From Patescibacteria group bacterium (GTDB lineage: Bacteria; Patescibacteriota; Patescibacteriia; CAIXNZ01), in the NCBI GenBank assembly GCA_028714455.1, contig JAQTMG010000006.1:1-56443 (forward strand): a stretch of 56,443 nt of DNA, written 5' to 3'. Both the position numbers and the translations under genes were made by a program. Shown one piece after another: positions 53,235-56,443 of the stretch (positions are counted from its first letter, which is position 1; the number at the start of each line of letters is the position of its first letter). The notes under the pieces were generated by a model. It was not told the DNA's origin and made no database searches. It saw nothing but the letters and a program-made list of their open reading frames with translations.

Positions 53235-54623
53235 TTATCTTCTTCTTTTTCTCTTTTTGAAATAATGAACCAGCAAAACGATCACCACGATCGCCAGCGC
53301 CAGAATTATGGCCGCGATGTTATACGGACTGATTTGCTTGGCCTCGCTCGGTTTTAAACCCGACTGATATTGCACGGTCTTGGTAATTTTATCAATGGCG
53401 CCAAAAGCGCTCTCGGCGCTCGCCGAAATTAAATTCGTGCCTGGAATTAAATTTACCGTGAAAGAAAAACTGCCCGTCCCCGGGTCAATTGATTTGACCG
53501 CGTCTTTCACTTCTTGATTATTCAAAGAGATGGCTATTTTCGCGCCCGTGTCGGAAATTCTGCCTGAAAAAGTCGCTAAACCGTTTTCTGACTGAACCTG
53601 CTGATTGTCATTGACGTAAAGTTCAAAATGCGGAATCAATTTGTATTCGCCCGCGTCTTTAAGTAAAAATGAAACCTCGGTCTGATTATCTATGATAAAA
53701 AATTTATAATTACTGACTTTGTCTTTGGTCAAAACTGTTTTGCCGTCTTTTAAAATATCCGGGTCAAAAATAAAAGGCACGTCATAATAAGTGACGGCCA
53801 GCGGCACTTTAAAATAATCCATCAATTGCTGATCGACTTTAAAATCCAGATGCTCGAAAACCATGTGCGAAGATAAGCTCGTCAGCAAATTGGCGGCCTG
53901 GGCTGGCGAAAGATCAATATTACCATTGAAAGTCACTCTTTCCTTGCCCAATAAATCGAGTGTGAAACCAGAGACCTTGGTCAAATCTTTAATGGCCGAA
54001 AGGTTGGTTGTCTTGGCTCCCTGCTGATAAAAAAGATCGTTTAAAACAATGCCGGCTATGCCCTCCCGCGTCTCTCCCTCGCTGGTGGCTGACGGCGGAA
54101 TTAGCTGTTCATCCGGAGCCACGGCTTCCAGTGGTAAAAAAATGTTGCTGGCTACGGAGATCAAAGTGCGCTGCGGATAAAGCGAGCCAAAAACATTGAT
54201 AAAGCTTAAACCGGTTTTATTTATGCTATTAGCGTTTTTAACACTGTTAACCGTGAAAACGATTTTTGTACTGGAATTAACCGTGCTTAAAGAATCAAAA
54301 AGATATTTGATATCATCGCAGTTGGACACACAACTTTTATTGGTTTTGCCGATAATGCCATGACCGCCGGAAAGCCCGGAAACAGTCAGGGTGGAATTGG
54401 CCAGACTCGGTTGTTCCCCGCCTAAAGAAATTTCGACATAACCGACGCGAGCGGTTTTGGGCAACTGAAAACTGATAGTCCAGGAAGAGAGCGCGTCTTT
54501 AACTCTTGGTTGGATTTCCAATCTCACGTTAGTTAGAGTTGGAGTGGCTCCGTAAGTAAAGCTTGGCGAAATAAAAAACAAACCAATGGCCAGTATTAAA
54601 AAGATTTTAAAAACTTTTTTCAT
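53235..54623 (-). CDS. Secreted protein with C-terminal TM anchor and basic tail, hypothetical
   Basis: 462 aa. Signal MKKVFKIFLILAIGLFF. C-terminal AAIILALAIVVIVLLVHYFKKRKRRR. Confidence 0.6.
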   Translation of the reverse strand: MKKVFKIFLILAIGLFFISPSFTYGATPTLTNVRLEIQPRVKDALSSWTISFQLPKTARVGYVEISLGGEQPSLANSTLTVSGLSGGHGIIGKTNKSCVSNCDDIKYLFDSLSTVNSSTKIVFTVNSVKNANSINKTGLSFINVFGSLYPQRTLISVASNIFLPLEAVAPDEQLIPPSATSEGETREGIAGIVLNDLFYQQGAKTTNLSAIKDLTKVSGFTLDLLGKERVTFNGNIDLSPAQAANLLTSLSSHMVFEHLDFKVDQQLMDYFKVPLAVTYYDVPFIFDPDILKDGKTVLTKDKVSNYKFFIIDNQTEVSFLLKDAGEYKLIPHFELYVNDNQQVQSENGLATFSGRISDTGAKIAISLNNQEVKDAVKSIDPGTGSFSFTVNLIPGTNLISASAESAFGAIDKITKTVQYQSGLKPSEAKQISPYNIAAIILALAIVVIVLLVHYFKKRKRRR

Positions 54624-54632
54624 ATTAGTTTG

Positions 54633-56443
54633 TTATTTGCGAATTTGAGCGTCAAACAACTTAACTAAAATCTGCAAAACCTTCTGATGAATAACCTGAA
54701 CTTCTTCCATGGTCAAGGTTTTATCATCAGAACGATAGATAATTCTAAAAGCAATTGATTTTTTCCCTTCGGGAATACCAGCGCCTTCGTAGACGTCGAA
54801 AAATGTGACTTCGCGGATCAAATCTTTTTCAACTTCACGGACCGCCGAAGCAATTTCCTCCCACAAAACATTTTTGGCAATAATCATAGAAACATCCAAA
54901 TCAATGCTGGGAAACTTTGGAATCGATTTATATTCTATTTCATCAGTATAAAATTCCGCTAGTTTACTAATATTTAATTCAAAGTAAGCAACTTTATTTT
55001 TCAAACCGAGTTTTTCGTACAGCTCATCGGGAAGTTCAGTTATATAACCAATTTCTCTATCAGCGACGATTATATCTACTGCCCTATTTTCTTTAACAAG
55101 CGGAATAAACTCGGTCATCTGACCCAGCCGATAATCAAAGTGCAGACGCGAAAGCAAGCCGGCCAATATATTTTTAGCGATATAAAATGGTTTGTCATTT
55201 TTCTTTTCGGTCACCAAGCAGCCAAGCCATTTATCCTGCAAGGGCAAAAAGTTTGCTTCTTTATCCGAGGTTATCTCGCCTTCATATTCGGGTATATAAG
55301 TCAGGCCAGACTCAAACAAACTAAAATCATCATAAAATCGCGCGTTCAATCTGGCGCTTTCTAATAGATTTGGAATTAACGAACGGCGCAATAAATTCCA
55401 TTCCTTGGCCTGTGGATTAGAAATTCTGACATGGTCTTCAACCCTCAAGCCCATTTTTTTCACCTGCTCTTCGCCCACGAATGAATAATTATAGACCTCG
55501 CTGGCCGCAAAGCCAAGCGACAAAATAGATTTTATTTTCTTTTCAAGTTCTCGCTCATAATTCACCTGCGGCCTGTCCATGGCAATCATGGGCATGGAAA
55601 TCGTCAGATTGTCATAACCGTAAATTCTGGCTACTTCTTCAATAATATCTTCGGGGATGGAAATATCTTTGGTGGCGCGCCAACTCGGTACTAAAATTTC
55701 CAAACCCTCTTTTTGTTTTTTTACTTCAAAACCAAGACTCTCCAAAATATCAATGATTTTATTTGGCGCAATCTGTTCGCCAATTCTTTTGTTCAAAAAA
55801 TCAAAGCTGACATTAATCGGTCCCTGATTTAATTTAAATTTCTTGACATCCTCAATTCGGGTGGCCAATTTCGCCTTGGGACAAACTTGAAAAATTAATT
55901 CAACCGCTCTTTTAATGGCCAAGTCAGTTAAATTCGGATCAAGTGATTTTTCAAACCTGATTGAGGCCTCTGACCTTAAGCCCAATTTAACTTCGGTTTT
56001 TCTGATGGAAACATGGTCAAAATTGGCTGACTCAATAATTATTTTTTTGGTTTGATTGTCTATCTCTGTATTGGCTCCGCCCATGACGCCGGCAATGGCC
56101 ACTGGCTTTTTGGCGTCAGCGATAACCAAAATGGAATCGTCTAATTTTCTTTTTTCATCATCAAGAGTTTCAATGGCTTCGCCATTTTTGGCGGTTCTGA
56201 CAATAATTTTATGGCCATCCAGTTTGTCATAATCAAAGGCATGCAACGGCTGGCCCAGCTCCCACATTACGTAATTTGTAATATCAACGATATTATTGAT
56301 TGATCTCATGCCCACGACTGATATTCTTTTTTGCATCCAGTTCGGCGAAGGCGCAATTTCAATTCCTTCAATTACCACACCCTCGTATCTCGGGCACAAT
56401 TTATAATCCTCAATCTTAATATCTAAATGAGGCCTGCCCTGAG
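54633..56443 (-). CDS. pheT: Phenylalanine--tRNA ligase beta subunit (N-terminus beyond window end)
   Basis: B3/4, B5 and FDX-ACB domain order. The frame stays open to the window edge (..QGRPHLDIKIEDYKLCPRYEG..), so the ORF-track TTG start is not the real start. Confidence 0.9.
   Translation of the reverse strand, partial: QGRPHLDIKIEDYKLCPRYEGVVIEGIEIAPSPNWMQKRISVVGMRSINNIVDITNYVMWELGQPLHAFDYDKLDGHKIIVRTAKNGEAIETLDDEKRKLDDSILVIADAKKPVAIAGVMGGANTEIDNQTKKIIIESANFDHVSIRKTEVKLGLRSEASIRFEKSLDPNLTDLAIKRAVELIFQVCPKAKLATRIEDVKKFKLNQGPINVSFDFLNKRIGEQIAPNKIIDILESLGFEVKKQKEGLEILVPSWRATKDISIPEDIIEEVARIYGYDNLTISMPMIAMDRPQVNYERELEKKIKSILSLGFAASEVYNYSFVGEEQVKKMGLRVEDHVRISNPQAKEWNLLRRSLIPNLLESARLNARFYDDFSLFESGLTYIPEYEGEITSDKEANFLPLQDKWLGCLVTEKKNDKPFYIAKNILAGLLSRLHFDYRLGQMTEFIPLVKENRAVDIIVADREIGYITELPDELYEKLGLKNKVAYFELNISKLAEFYTDEIEYKSIPKFPSIDLDVSMIIAKNVLWEEIASAVREVEKDLIREVTFFDVYEGAGIPEGKKSIAFRIIYRSDDKTLTMEEVQVIHQKVLQILVKLFDAQIRK

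Noticed and set aside
1-56443. CRISPR arrays, IS elements, prophage or integrative-element boundaries.
   Set aside because: No regularly spaced repeats of 24-40 nt are present; the word repeats are 5-8 nt and irregular. I recognised no Cas, transposase, integrase, recombinase or phage structural motif in any frame.

Overview
This 56.4-kb window is transcribed almost entirely from the minus strand. It holds about 55 protein genes and 5 tRNAs, and only one small CDS (26692..26976) lies on plus. Recognisable genes are a MacAB-type efflux operon with an AbrB-like first gene, murF-ftsI, queH, rarA, polX, a glutaredoxin-like gene, flavodoxin, rpmG (missed by the ORF track), yidD, tpiA, an M16 peptidase, glyQS, frr, holB, mreB, a DUF4012 plus three-GT2 envelope cluster, a split PEP-utilising enzyme pair, and pheT (runs off the window end). 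There are many secreted or anchored proteins (CAP, SH3, dockerin, Ig-like, beta-propeller). The housekeeping-only content, lack of biosynthetic pathways and surface-protein load suggest a reduced-genome Patescibacteria/CPR-like bacterium; that assignment is inference. I saw no CRISPR array, transposase, integrase or rRNA. The least ordinary signals are non-coding. (1) A complete tRNA-Tyr is nested at the tip of a perfect 13-bp helix that joins the two halves of a second tRNA-Tyr-like gene. The same CCCGCACC/GGTGCGGG helix core clamps tRNA-Thr(GGU) 2 kb away, with covarying outer base pairs. (2) A roughly 250-nt stand-alone RNA gene has a textbook promoter and terminator and I cannot classify it. 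(3) Four copies of a GAGCTA-word element occur, two of them bracketing frr. (4) AT-rich word modules abut start codons and a tRNA 5' end. Coding oddities are GC-rich orphan cassettes led by GGAGG Shine-Dalgarno sites, and an outer-membrane-type beta-barrel protein in an otherwise monoderm-looking gene set. All functional calls come from motif recognition by eye. No database search was run.
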